A stretch of 64,000 nt of DNA from Candidatus Binataceae bacterium (GCA_015478645.1 JADMIL010000009.1:4574-68573), one strand, 5' to 3'; positions 39,353-47,817 are shown, numbered from the stretch's first letter. Notes: generated by a model from the letters alone, not told the origin. Translations and numbers: made by a program.

Positions 39353-42300
39353 TCAACCTTCGGCGCCTTTGGCCGCATGCGGAGTGCGGTGGCGCGGCGG
39401 CGCTTCGGCCGCGTGATCAATTACGTGATCGTCCGAATGATCGGTCGCATGTTCGATCGCGGCGCCATCAGCAGCGCCGGCGGCGATCGCGGCGGCATGC
39501 TTGGGATCGTGGACGTTGGCTTGGGTGGCCAACGAGCGGCGCGCGGCGCGCGGTCGATCCCCGGCGAGTTCGACGATGGCGGCGCGCAGATGCTCGGCGA
39601 GCCGCCGATAGGCCGCCGCGCCGGTGGTGCCTTGCGCAACGTCGAGCAGTTCCGCCGCGCCGATTACGCGGCCGATGCGCACCTCGACTGGCGCATGGCG
39701 TGGCACGAGCGCGCCTTTGCCCAGCACCTCAAAGGAGCCGCGAATATGGATCGGAAGCACGTCGCATCGCGATTGCATCGCGAGGAAGCCGGCGCCGCTC
39801 TTGAATTCGTGGATCGCGCCGTCGGGTGAACGGGTGCCTTCGGGAAACATCAGGACGCTGCGGCCGGCGGCGAGTTCGGCGAGCGCGCCGTCGAGCGAGT
39901 CGAGTTGCGAGCGCTCGCGATCGATCGCAAGCAGGTGGGTAAAGTTGCGCGCGACGAAGCGGCGCAGCGGCGTCTTGAAGAAATAATCCTTCGCGGCGAG
40001 CACCACCAGATCGCGGCCGGCGGTGCCGAGCGCATATGCGATCAGGCCGAAGTCGAGATGGCTGGCGTGATTGGCGACGACGATCACGTTGCGGTTCGCC
40101 GGGATATTGCCGCGGCCCATCACGCGCGGCTTGAGCCACGAATCGAACGCCGCGCCGATCGAGCGCCGCAGCGCGAACTCACCGATGCGCCGGAGCGGGG
40201 CCGGGAGTTCGACGGTGAAGGGCTCGGCGAAGCGCGCGTAAGAGGGTAGGCGAGGCCGTACGGTGCCGTCGCCGGCCAGGCGTTGCAGATCGCCGACCGT
40301 CGCGGCCGCGGAAAGCTCGTCGGCGGTGAGCTCGCGGCCCGCCTTGACGGCGATCTGTTCGGCGAGTTCGGCCAGTGCGAGCGAGTCGAGTCCGAGATCC
40401 TCGATGAGCCGCGTGCCGGTGCCGATTGGTACCGTGCCGATCGCGACTTGCGCCAACGCCTGCGCGAGCCACGGGACGATTTCGTCGCCGGTTACCGCGG
40501 CCTCGCCGCCGCGATTGTCGAGCGGACGATCGAGGATCTCGCGCAGCCGCGCGGCGACTTCCGCGCGCTTGATCTTGCGTGTGCGGGTGCGTGGCAATTC
40601 GGTCTCGCTGAAGCGCAGGATGCGCACGCGGCTGTGCGGGTTGAGCCCGGCGCCGACGATCGCGAAGTGCGCGCGCACGCGGTCTTCGATCGTGCGGCGG
40701 CTCTCGCCGCGCGCGTAGGCCGGCACGACCAGCGCGGCCACCTGCTCGCCCGCGCCGATAGTCAGTCCGGCGACCGCGATCTCTTTGATAAAATGGCTGT
40801 GGCCGTAGGCCTGTTCGATCTCGTCGATATAGATATTGTTGCCGCCGGCGTCGACGATGACGTCCTTGGCGCGGCCCACGATGTAGAGCCGGCCGGCGTC
40901 ATCGAAGCGGCCGAGGTCGCCGGTATGCAGCCAGCCGTCCTTGAGCACTTCGGCGGTCGCGGCCGGATTGCGGTAATAGCCGCTCATCACGTTGGGGCCG
41001 CGCGCGATGATTTCGCCGATGCCGCCCGCATCGGCGGGGCTGTCGATGCGCACCTCGAGCTTGCCGAGCGGCTGGCCGACCGAGCCCGCAATTAGCGGCT
41101 CGTCGGGCCGCGCGACGCTCAGCACGGGCGCGGCCTCGGTCAGGCCGTAGCCTTCGAGCAGCTTGATGCCGAGGTCGTGGAAAAAGGTGGCGACGCGCTG
41201 CGGCAAGGCCGCGCCGCCGCTGACGGCGAGCCGCAGATGGCCGCCGAGCGCGTTGTGCGCCGGCCGAAAGAGCATTGCGCCAAAGTTGACGTGATAGTCC
41301 CGGTCGAGGCGCCGATTGAGGTTGCGCAGGCGATCGAAGGCCGCCGCGAACAGCGGGCCACGCCCCTCGACTTCGTCGACGATCCGCCGGTGCACCGCTT
41401 CCCATAGCGCCGGCACGCCGATCAGCGCGGTCGGCCGCACGTCGGCCAGCGTGCGCGACAAATTGGCGGCATCTATGCCCAGCGGGTAGACGATGCGCGC
41501 GCCGCTGGCAATCGGCAGCAGCAGGCCGCAGGTGAATTCGAGCGTGTGATGGAGCGGCAGGATCGAGAGCACCGTGTCGTCGGCGCCGAGCGCGAAGACT
41601 CGCGCGAGCATCGCGACTTCCGCGGTGAAATTGCCGTGCGAGAGCATCACGCCCTTGGGCGTGCCGGTGGTGCCGGAGGTGAAGACGATTGACGCGAGCG
41701 TCTTACGCTCGGCGGCGACCGGCGCGCCCGGCGCGGTGCGCAATACGAAGGGGCGCTGCAATTCGCCGATTTCAATTTCGACGGCTCCAGGAGCGGCGGT
41801 GCGGACCGCCTTGCCGAGCCGCTTGCGGCAGGCGGACGAAATCAGCGCGGCCCGCGGCGCGGCGATGCGGCCGATGGCGGCGAGTTCGTCGGGGGCGATC
41901 AGATGGTCGAGCGGCACGGCGACCGCGCCCGCGTAGAGAATCGCGAAGTAGGCGATGACCCAGTCGGGCGAGTTCTCCGCGATCAGCAGGACGCGATCGC
42001 CCGGCTTGATCGCGCGTCCACCGAGCATCAGGCCGCCGCGATGGGCGCGGTCGCGCAGCTCGCGATAGCTGATCGGCGTGCGTTGGCCGGCGAGTTCGCG
42101 CGCCTCGAGCGCGGGTGCGGCGCCGAATCGATGGGCCGCGCTGTCGAGCATTTCGATCAACGTGCGATGGCGCGGGACGCCGCGCGGGCGCGCCCGCGTA
42201 TGCAATTCGAGCTGGCCGAAGATATGGCGGCGCAGGCCCGGCAGATGGACGTCGATCCAGTAGCGGGCCCAGTCGATCTTTTCCGGATGATAGGGATGGC

Positions 42301-43855
42301 GCGCGGCGTCGGCGGGTTCGAGCGTGGCGTAAAGCGCGCGGATATTTTTGCCGTGAAAGGTGTAGACCAGATCCTGGATATAGGGCCGGTAGACCTCGAC
42401 CAGCGATCGCGCCATCGCGGTGTTGTCGGCTAGCTTGGCGATCCGATCCTCGAACTTGCGCGCCGGCGCCGACTCCTCGCCCATCACCGTGCGGGCCAGC
42501 GCGGCGGCCTGCTTGAGCATCGCGGGCAGCGTCGAGCTGAACATCTCGTAGGTGCGATGGGACACCACAACGGCTTCGAGATGCGGTGCGAGCTTGCCCA
42601 TCGGACCGCCGCGCCGCCGATGCTCGCGGCGGTTGCTGAGCGCGGTCAGCTCCACCAGCCGGCGCATCGGCAACGGATTAACGTCGGAGGTGCAGAGCTG
42701 ATAGATGGGCTGATGGCGGCCGAGCAGGAGTGCGGCCAGGATCGGGACGATCGCGTGGGCCGCGAGATCGACCGGGATGACGTCGAGCACCAGGTCGCCG
42801 CGCGCCGGATAAAATCGATAGCCGCGGCCCGCCAGATAAGTCAGCGGCGCGCTGGTGTTAACGCCCTGGTTCCATCCCGGAAGCGGGTCGCAAAGCGCGC
42901 TCTCGATCACCGACGGACGGACCACGGTCGCCGCGACCGCGCCGCGCGCGGTCATCACGATCTGCTCGCCGAGGCTCTTGGTATAGCTGTAGGTGTTGGG
43001 CCATCCCCAACTGAGCGCGCGGCGGCGGCCGATCGCCTTGAGCCGATCCTCGACCCAGCTTTTGCGCCGCGCCTCGATCGAACGATCATGATGGTCCGCG
43101 CGGTCGTGATGGTCGCCGGCGGCGTCGCTCTCGCGATCGCCGGCCGCGCCGAGATGGAACTCGGCCAGGTGCGACTCGTCGTGCGATTCGGCTTCGACGC
43201 GATCGATCGCGGCCTGCGCGTCGCGCAGTTCGCGGCGCAGATTGAAGTTGCGCCGTCCGTTGGGACACCAGTCGGTCGGCAGGTCGTCTTCGTAGCGCTG
43301 GCCGTCGGCAACGCCCGCGGCATAGCAGGTCGAGACGTGAAGGAGGGCGGCGCCGTGGGTGCGGCAGAACTCGACGACGTTGCTCACGCCGTCGGCGTTG
43401 ATTGCGATCGCCTTGGCCAGCGAGGCCTCGAAGTTGACCAGCCCCGCGCAATGGATTACGGCGTCGATCGATCCGGTACGCGGCATCCCGGCGCCGTCGG
43501 CGGCGAGGCCGGGCTCCGTGATATCGCCCGCGATCACCGCGACCTTACCCTCGACATACTGGTCGAAGCGCGTGCCCAGGCGCTCGCGCAGAGGAGCCAG
43601 CGCGGCCGAGTCGAGAATCTCGCGGCGCAAGCGATTGAGGCTCGAGCGGCGATCGCCGCGAATCAGCAGATAGATGCGATCGAGTTCGGGGTGATGTTCG
43701 AGCAGGATCGCGAGCAGCACTTTGCCGAGAAAGCCGGTCGCACCGGTAATCAGCAGACGGCGCTTGCGCAGTACCTGCTCGAGCGGCGGCATCGCGCCCG
43801 CGGCGGCCGCGGGTTTGCGTACACGGGCGCGACGCGGAGCGGGCCTATTCGACAT
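39353..43855 (-). CDS. Multidomain lipid megasynthase: fatty-acyl reductase (NAD_binding_4), AMP-dependent acyl ligase, ACP, 1-acyl-glycerol-3-phosphate acyltransferase (ElbD-like)
   Basis: 1500 aa. The Rossmann motif ITGATGFLGK (aa 36-45) and YSYTK (aa 289-293) mark the reductase domain. The AMP-binding motifs are IVFTSGTTGTPKG (aa 723-735), EGYGLTE and WLHTGD. The phosphopantetheine site is LGLDSLA (Ser1158). The PlsC motifs are NHASHLD (H1263-x4-D1268) and FPEGTRS (aa 1337-1343). Confidence 0.9.
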   Translation of the reverse strand: MSNRPAPRRARVRKPAAAAGAMPPLEQVLRKRRLLITGATGFLGKVLLAILLEHHPELDRIYLLIRGDRRSSLNRLRREILDSAALAPLRERLGTRFDQYVEGKVAVIAGDITEPGLAADGAGMPRTGSIDAVIHCAGLVNFEASLAKAIAINADGVSNVVEFCRTHGAALLHVSTCYAAGVADGQRYEDDLPTDWCPNGRRNFNLRRELRDAQAAIDRVEAESHDESHLAEFHLGAAGDRESDAAGDHHDRADHHDRSIEARRKSWVEDRLKAIGRRRALSWGWPNTYSYTKSLGEQIVMTARGAVAATVVRPSVIESALCDPLPGWNQGVNTSAPLTYLAGRGYRFYPARGDLVLDVIPVDLAAHAIVPILAALLLGRHQPIYQLCTSDVNPLPMRRLVELTALSNRREHRRRGGPMGKLAPHLEAVVVSHRTYEMFSSTLPAMLKQAAALARTVMGEESAPARKFEDRIAKLADNTAMARSLVEVYRPYIQDLVYTFHGKNIRALYATLEPADAARHPYHPEKIDWARYWIDVHLPGLRRHIFGQLELHTRARPRGVPRHRTLIEMLDSAAHRFGAAPALEARELAGQRTPISYRELRDRAHRGGLMLGGRAIKPGDRVLLIAENSPDWVIAYFAILYAGAVAVPLDHLIAPDELAAIGRIAAPRAALISSACRKRLGKAVRTAAPGAVEIEIGELQRPFVLRTAPGAPVAAERKTLASIVFTSGTTGTPKGVMLSHGNFTAEVAMLARVFALGADDTVLSILPLHHTLEFTCGLLLPIASGARIVYPLGIDAANLSRTLADVRPTALIGVPALWEAVHRRIVDEVEGRGPLFAAAFDRLRNLNRRLDRDYHVNFGAMLFRPAHNALGGHLRLAVSGGAALPQRVATFFHDLGIKLLEGYGLTEAAPVLSVARPDEPLIAGSVGQPLGKLEVRIDSPADAGGIGEIIARGPNVMSGYYRNPAATAEVLKDGWLHTGDLGRFDDAGRLYIVGRAKDVIVDAGGNNIYIDEIEQAYGHSHFIKEIAVAGLTIGAGEQVAALVVPAYARGESRRTIEDRVRAHFAIVGAGLNPHSRVRILRFSETELPRTRTRKIKRAEVAARLREILDRPLDNRGGEAAVTGDEIVPWLAQALAQVAIGTVPIGTGTRLIEDLGLDSLALAELAEQIAVKAGRELTADELSAAATVGDLQRLAGDGTVRPRLPSYARFAEPFTVELPAPLRRIGEFALRRSIGAAFDSWLKPRVMGRGNIPANRNVIVVANHASHLDFGLIAYALGTAGRDLVVLAAKDYFFKTPLRRFVARNFTHLLAIDRERSQLDSLDGALAELAAGRSVLMFPEGTRSPDGAIHEFKSGAGFLAMQSRCDVLPIHIRGSFEVLGKGALVPRHAPVEVRIGRVIGAAELLDVAQGTTGAAAYRRLAEHLRAAIVELAGDRPRAARRSLATQANVHDPKHAAAIAAGAADGAAIEHATDHSDDHVIDHAAEAPPRHRTPHAAKGAEG

Positions 43856-45485
43856 CCGCGATCACCAGCGGGGGTAGATGAAGATAGGTGATGCTCGCCG
43901 AACGGCCGTGATCGGCGGTGGCCATCGCGATCGCCTCGTCGAGCGTATCGGCCGCCTCCCAGCCCATCCGCGCGGCGACCTGCGGCTCTTCGCAGCCGGC
44001 TGCGATCACGCGGCCGACGTGCTGGCGCGCGGGCTCGCCCCAATACCACATGTAGAACGGATGCACGCCGTGGTAGGCATGGCCGAAGCGATACATATGC
44101 TTGTAGGTCGGATTGATCGCGAACTCGGCCTCGAAGCGCTTCTCCAGTTGCATCGCGTCGGTGGTCTCGGCCAGGCAGCGATGGAAAAACTCGATGTAGC
44201 TCGGATGATGCTCGGGGTGAAATTCGTCGCGCAGCGGATGACAGATGATCATCGTGCCGCCCGGCTTCACCAGCGGCTGATTGCGATACATGTTGAACAG
44301 GTAGCCCAGCCCGGTGCACTGTACGAGGACCGGATTCATGATCGAGTTGACGTTGTACGGACAGATGTACGGCACGCCGACAATCAGGATGTCAGACTGG
44401 CCTTTGACCGGCACCGCGTATTGCTGGAAGACCCGCGCCAGGGCCTGCCGATGCACCGCTTCGGTCTCGCCCGCCCACACGCCCGTCAAACCATAAGGTG
44501 CGGCGTACTGATGCATCATCTGGCGGCGGGTGTCGTTGGAGAGATTGCCGAGCGTCCAGCGGAAACCCTTGAGCCGCGCGCGATCCCAGTCGTTGAACTG
44601 GTCTTCGTTCTTTTGCAGAAAGTCGAGCATCCCGCCGTACATCTGGGTATTGACGGCGGTCTCGATGGAAAAAACGTTGAGCTGCGCATTGACCAGCCGG
44701 CCCATCCGGTTGGCCGAGCTGTGCAGTGCCGAGCGCTTGGGATCCATGTAGGAGTGGCTGTCGCGCAGAGTCGCCGGATTATGATGATGGCGCAGGCTCT
44801 GGTAGGGCGCGAGACCGACGGCGACCGATTTGTGCCCGCCATCCATCGGCACCAGATTCAAGTTGAGATAGATGACCAGGTCGGATTCGGCGGCGCGCCG
44901 CGAGAGCCAGACCTCTTCGCCATGATCGGTCTTGCCGAGCATCGCGAGTTCGGCGCGGTTTTCGCCGTCGAAGTTGTAGAGCCGGTCGGGCCAGTACTGC
45001 TTGAAGGCGCGCTCGCCGACCATCCGGCGAATCTCGCTCTCGGTCATCCGCCGATGGAGCGCGGTGGCGACGATCAGATGAACGTCGTCGACGCCGTAAT
45101 CGGCCAGCGTCTGGAGCACCTGGTTGAGCAGGCGCTCGCGGATATCGGGCCGGCGCATCGGCGGCAGCGGCAGGCTGATGTCGTCCAGCGCGATCGTCAC
45201 GCGCATGTTGGGGTTGAGTTGCGCGAAGAGCGGGTCGGCGTTGAGCGGACGCAGCAGCGCATAGCGAATCGCGGCGTCGGGGTCGGGCAGGGCGTCGAGC
45301 GGCGGCGGCGGATAGATCACCCGGGTGCCGGCCGGCAACTTCTCGAACATGAACTCGTCGCCGTAGGGAATCAGGCGCGGCGCGGAGCGGCGGTTAAGGG
45401 TCACGACCAGGTCGCGGCGCGCGCCAACCTCATGCTTGAGCTCAGCCTGCTTGAGCTCTTTGAGCTTAGCTTCGGGCCGCGCCAT
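43845..45485 (-). CDS. LarA-like protein (DUF2088, lactate-racemase N-terminal domain family)
   Basis: From MARPEAKLKE. Segments ALDDISLPLPPMRRPD, IVATALHRRMT and PMDGGHKSV resemble the LarA D-x-TRP, ATGxHR and GG-x-K regions. Overlaps the megasynthase start by 11 nt and the HAD gene stop by 20 nt. Confidence 0.65.
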   Translation of the reverse strand: MARPEAKLKELKQAELKHEVGARRDLVVTLNRRSAPRLIPYGDEFMFEKLPAGTRVIYPPPPLDALPDPDAAIRYALLRPLNADPLFAQLNPNMRVTIALDDISLPLPPMRRPDIRERLLNQVLQTLADYGVDDVHLIVATALHRRMTESEIRRMVGERAFKQYWPDRLYNFDGENRAELAMLGKTDHGEEVWLSRRAAESDLVIYLNLNLVPMDGGHKSVAVGLAPYQSLRHHHNPATLRDSHSYMDPKRSALHSSANRMGRLVNAQLNVFSIETAVNTQMYGGMLDFLQKNEDQFNDWDRARLKGFRWTLGNLSNDTRRQMMHQYAAPYGLTGVWAGETEAVHRQALARVFQQYAVPVKGQSDILIVGVPYICPYNVNSIMNPVLVQCTGLGYLFNMYRNQPLVKPGGTMIICHPLRDEFHPEHHPSYIEFFHRCLAETTDAMQLEKRFEAEFAINPTYKHMYRFGHAYHGVHPFYMWYWGEPARQHVGRVIAAGCEEPQVAARMGWEAADTLDEAIAMATADHGRSASITYLHLPPLVIADVE

Positions 45486-46284
45486 CGAGCTTCTCCTCGG
45501 TCCAATCTTGCGCCGCAGTGCGCGGATCGAGATCGCCGGCCGCGCCTCGGCGCGCCTGCGCCTTGGCAAAGCGCAGCACGGGCCATTGGCGGCTCTGCGC
45601 GATCGCTCGCAGGCGCCGGTCGGGATTGACCGCGACCGGATGGCCCAGGGCGATCAGGAAAGGCAGGTCATAGCGCGAATCGGCATAACCCCAGCATTTG
45701 GCCAGGTCGACGCGGTGTTCGGCGGCGTAGGTCGCACACCAGGCGGCTTTGGCTTCACCCGCCATCACCGGCTCGCGCAGGCGGCCGGTCGCGCGGCCGC
45801 GGCTGTAGATGAGACGGTTGGCGACGAAGGTGTCGATACGCAGGCGGCTGGCCAACGGCGCAACGATGAAGTCGGGCGAACCGGTGACCAGCACGGGCGC
45901 GAAGCCGGCGGCGCGGTTGGCCTCGATAATGTCGAGCGCGCGCGGATACAGATGGGCCATCAGGATGCGCTCGCAATACTCTTCGCCCAGCGCCTCGAGG
46001 CGGTCCTGCGAGAGGCCTTTGAAGGTCTCGTAGAGGGCGACGTTGAGCAGATGGCGATCGCGCCGCTCGGCCATGTAGAGCATCGGCAGGCGTGCGACGA
46101 AGGCGGCGAGATAGCTGACCCGCCCGCTCCATTCGCCGAGATTGGCGAATATAAAGAACGCTGCATGTACCAGGTTGAGATCCATCAGGGTGCCGTCGAG
46201 ATCGTAAAACGCCGCGGCTTTGGGCACGCCGCGCGCGGCGCGCGCACGCGACCTGGGAGTTCTGGTTTTTGGCTGAACTGACAT
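45466..46284 (-). CDS. HAD-superfamily subfamily IB hydrolase (SerB/PSPase-like phosphatase)
   Basis: 272 aa. Motif I FYDLDGTL, motif II LVTGSP, motif III/IV GEAKA...YADSRYDLP. Confidence 0.8.
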   Translation of the reverse strand: MSVQPKTRTPRSRARAARGVPKAAAFYDLDGTLMDLNLVHAAFFIFANLGEWSGRVSYLAAFVARLPMLYMAERRDRHLLNVALYETFKGLSQDRLEALGEEYCERILMAHLYPRALDIIEANRAAGFAPVLVTGSPDFIVAPLASRLRIDTFVANRLIYSRGRATGRLREPVMAGEAKAAWCATYAAEHRVDLAKCWGYADSRYDLPFLIALGHPVAVNPDRRLRAIAQSRQWPVLRFAKAQARRGAAGDLDPRTAAQDWTEEKLDGAARS

Positions 46285-46285
46285 G

Positions 46286-46942
46286 TCAGTCTATTTTCGG
46301 GCCATAAAAAATTTGATCCTGTGCAGGCGTCGCAGCGCCGAGACCGGCGGCTTCGAGTAATTCGGGCCGGGCGACGCCGCGCAGGCCGAAATCGAGCACC
46401 TCTTCGGCCAGCGCGCCAACGTCGCGCCGCTGATCGCGCGACAACTGGCCGACGATTTCTTTGACCCCGCCCAGGATGCAATAGGCGACCGGGCGCGTGT
46501 CGCATTCGCGCACCAGGTTCATCTCGATACCGAGGTCCAGCGAGCGCTGGATCTGATCCGTCACGCGCTCGTAAAAGTCGTGGATGCGTGCGTCGAGGTC
46601 ACGGTCGAAGCCGGTCGAATGGTTGAGCAGAATATCGGTCAACTCGCGCTCGGCCAGCACGAAGGTCAGGACGCGCTTGAGGTTCGAGCGCAACTGCTCA
46701 ACCGGGTCGGGCTCGCCGGGACCGATCTTGAGCCGGCGGATGCGGCTGCGCAATTCGCCGAGCGCCTGTTCAAGCAATTCCGCAAAGATGTCACGTTTGT
46801 TCTGGAAGTAAAGATAGAACGTGCCGCGGGCGATGCGCGCCTGCGCGATGATGTCGGCGATATTGGTGCGGTGATAGCCCTTACGGGCAAACAGCCGCTT
46901 GGCGTGGCGCAGAACCTGCGCGCGCCGGGCCTGTCGCTCCAT
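46286..46942 (-). CDS. TetR-family transcriptional regulator
   Basis: From MERQARRAQVLRHAKRLFARKGYHRTNIADIIAQARIARGTFYLYFQNK (HTH). GGAGG lies 4 nt upstream of the ATG. The stop is 1 nt from the HAD gene start. Confidence 0.88.
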   Translation of the reverse strand: MERQARRAQVLRHAKRLFARKGYHRTNIADIIAQARIARGTFYLYFQNKRDIFAELLEQALGELRSRIRRLKIGPGEPDPVEQLRSNLKRVLTFVLAERELTDILLNHSTGFDRDLDARIHDFYERVTDQIQRSLDLGIEMNLVRECDTRPVAYCILGGVKEIVGQLSRDQRRDVGALAEEVLDFGLRGVARPELLEAAGLGAATPAQDQIFYGPKID

Positions 46943-47093
46943 GCATCCTCCGCGTGGCCGGACAGTAGCGGCGGGAAGTTTAGGAGTCAAACCTGCCATG
47001 CGCCGCTATCCACAAATTATCAACCGTCAATCAACAGTTCCCGATCGGCCGGCCGATTCCGGAGGCTCGAGCGGGCCGTCGCGTCGCCCAGCG

Positions 47094-47693
47094 CTAGGGA
47101 CACGCCGCCGGACAGGTCGCAGGGTCCTGATCGACGCCGATCTCCACCGTTTGACTGATGAGGCCGGCATCGGTGACCGTCACACAGGTGCATCCGGGCG
47201 TTACGGCGACGAATTCGCCATTACCCAGGTAGTTGATGACGCCAGTAAAGTTGGTGCTCGGCGGAAAGGTATTCCAGCTGGTGCTGCCGTGATTGGTCAC
47301 GTCGTGATAGGTCTGCGCCACCGTCTTGGACTTCCTGCTGAACGAGCCCTGCGCATTGAATTGCACGGTGTTTGGCACCGTGGTTGGTATCGGCGACGGG
47401 ATCACGGTGGTGCAGAAGACATTGGTGCTACCCGGCACACACACCGCCGCTGCCGCGACCGGACTGCATTGTGGGGTTGGCGACGGCTTGGGCGTCGGCA
47501 CACTGGTCGGCGTGGGGGTAGGGGTAGGCACGGGCGGTGACCCGGAGCAAATCGCGACCGCGATAATCCCGTTAAAGAACTGGGGCACGGTGGTCACCGG
47601 AAAGCCGCCGCCGCCACCGCAACTCAACATTAGTGCCGCTGCCAGAAAGGACAGCACCGGCACCAGCACCAAGCATCGTCGCCACCAATTCAT
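47094..47693 (-). CDS. Lipoprotein with Pro/Thr linker and Cys-containing beta-rich C-domain
   Basis: 199 aa from MNWWRRCLVLVPVLSFLAAALMLSCGGG (lipobox LSC). Linker PPVPTPTPTPTSVPTPKPSPTP. The longer 287-aa track ORF reads through a terminator hairpin and is rejected. Confidence 0.6.
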   Translation of the reverse strand: MNWWRRCLVLVPVLSFLAAALMLSCGGGGGFPVTTVPQFFNGIIAVAICSGSPPVPTPTPTPTSVPTPKPSPTPQCSPVAAAAVCVPGSTNVFCTTVIPSPIPTTVPNTVQFNAQGSFSRKSKTVAQTYHDVTNHGSTSWNTFPPSTNFTGVINYLGNGEFVAVTPGCTCVTVTDAGLISQTVEIGVDQDPATCPAACP

Positions 47694-47702
47694 CAAGCAA
47701 TG

Positions 47703-47732
47703 ACCTATGACGGCGCATCGACGCGCTGTCAA
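47703..47732 (-). promoter_or_regulatory. Sigma70-like promoter candidate for the lipoprotein gene (TTGACA-18-ATAGGT)
   Basis: The minus strand reads TTGACAgcgcgtcgatgcgccgtcATAGGTcattgcttgATG. The -10 ends 9 nt before the ATG, implying a leaderless or near-leaderless mRNA. Confidence 0.3.
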
Positions 47733-47763
47733 GCAACGGCCGGCGCACTTTGGCGGTCGAGGG

Positions 47764-47817
47764 TAAAAAAAGAAGGCGGGACGTTGAGGGAGGGGGAGTT
47801 CCCTAACGCCCGCCTTC
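47764..47817 (-). terminator. Rho-independent terminator (minus strand)
   Basis: On the minus strand, GAAGGCGGGCGTTAGGGA-loop-TCCCTCAACGTCCCGCCTTC forms a stem of about 18 bp with one bulge. It is followed immediately by TTTTTTTA (A-run at 47765..47771 on the plus strand). Confidence 0.7.
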
